Below, piece by piece: positions 63,258 to 64,000 of a stretch of 64,000 bases of DNA. Each line of letters begins with the position of its first letter. Within the stretch, counting starts at the first letter, position 1. The stretch covers positions 71,817 to 135,816 of the forward strand of contig SCTA01000005.1 of assembly GCA_004322275.1 (NCBI GenBank), written 5' to 3'. Position numbers and translations under genes: made by a program. The notes under the pieces were generated by a model. That model was not told the origin of the DNA. It ran no database searches and worked only from the letters and a program-made list of their open reading frames with translations. Origin of the DNA: a bacterium (GTDB lineage Bacteria; Desulfobacterota; Deferrisomatia; Deferrisomatales; BM512).

Positions 63258-64000
63258 CTAGTCCTCTTCCTGGGTAACGCGAATTACTTCCTCGGCGCTG
63301 GTCATTCCTCGCGCGGCCTTGGTCGCGCCGTCTTCGCGGAGGGTCAGCATTCCCCGCGCGACGGCGGATTTCTTTATGGTGGAGGCGTCGGAGCCGCTTG
63401 TGACCTCGTTTCGCACCTCTTCGCTCATCGTCAAAAGCTCGTAGATTCCGCTCCTGCCGCGGTACCCGGTATGCTTGCAGGCCGGGCAGCCCATCGGGCG
63501 GTAGAGGACTCCGCCCGTCAGTTTGTCGCGGGTGAGGCCGAGCTGGGTCAGTTCGGCGTCTTCCGGCCTGTAGGGCTTGCGGCAATCCGGGCAGAGGAGG
63601 CGTATCAGCCTCTGCGCCAGAATCGCGTGGACCGAGGAGGAGACGAGGAAGGGCTCTATGCCCATCTCTATGAGGCGGGTGACCGCCGAGGCCGCGTCGT
63701 TGGTGTGAAGCGTCGAAAAGACCAGATGGCCCGTCAGCGAAGCCTGAATGGCGATCTCGGCGGTCTCTCCGTCGCGTATCTCGCCGACCATTATAACGTC
63801 GGGATCCTGACGGAGTATCGAGCGCAGCCCCGCCGCGAAGGTGAGCAGTATCTTGGGGTTGACCTGTATCTGGCCGATGCCCCGTATCTGGTACTCGATC
63901 GGGTCTTCGACGGTGATGATGTTTATGTCCTCGGAATTTATCCTCGAAAGGGCGCTGTAGAGGGTGGTGGTCTTGCCCGAGCCGGTGGGGCCGGTGACGA
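63258..64000 (-). CDS. gspE: Type II secretion ATPase GspE (C-terminal part; 5' end outside the window)
   Basis: The frame is open to the window edge. It has Walker [11 protein letters not shown], Walker B/Asp box [12 protein letters not shown], His box [11 protein letters not shown] and the tetracysteine CPDC...CPAC. Confidence 0.9.
   Translation of the reverse strand, partial: VTGPTGSGKTTTLYSALSRINSEDINIITVEDPIEYQIRGIGQIQVNPKILLTFAAGLRSILRQDPDVIMVGEIRDGETAEIAIQASLTGHLVFSTLHTNDAASAVTRLIEMGIEPFLVSSSVHAILAQRLIRLLCPDCRKPYRPEDAELTQLGLTRDKLTGGVLYRPMGCPACKHTGYRGRSGIYELLTMSEEVRNEVTSGSDASTIKKSAVARGMLTLREDGATKAARGMTSAEEVIRVTQEED

Overview
This is a GC-rich bacterial chromosomal segment, above 60% GC judged by eye on sampled lines. 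All calls come from manual reading of the ORF track and the raw sequence; no database searches were run.

Most of the window is housekeeping:
- etfB-etfA-acyl-CoA dehydrogenase
- purM-purN
- rimO-lolA-ftsK
- rplM-rpsI-argC
- MOSC and mog
- an EF-G paralogue with coaX-birA
- a cobalamin nucleotide-loop operon (cbiB, cobD, an archaeal-type cobT and one unknown gene)
- a tRNA cluster (Pro, Arg, His) and a lone tRNA-Arg
- a five-gene glycogen cluster with eukaryote-type enzymes
- a PAS/GAF hybrid histidine kinase with roadblock and REC-DUF4388 partners
- a 24-haem c-type cytochrome
- ubiB
- thiL-lon-dinG
- a type II secretion operon (gspE, partial, through gspK)

The most unusual signal is non-coding. 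Almost every long intergenic spacer is filled with modular GC-rich chains of hairpins. Their linker sequences are conserved, while the stems are replaced wholesale but stay complementary. They are interspersed with REP-like hairpins that carry a GTAG(G) head, and at least three further repeat families are present.

Other points worth a second look:
- a gene of about 40% GC encoding a PD-(D/E)xK (HsdR_N-like) nuclease, bracketed by these repeats
- a gspH gene interrupted exactly at an A9 homopolymer
- an apparently split rsmF
- a TlpA-like protein with SxxS in place of CxxC
- a 1407-aa GH13 plus amylo-1,6-glucosidase fusion

No CRISPR array, rRNA, integrase or transposase gene was seen.
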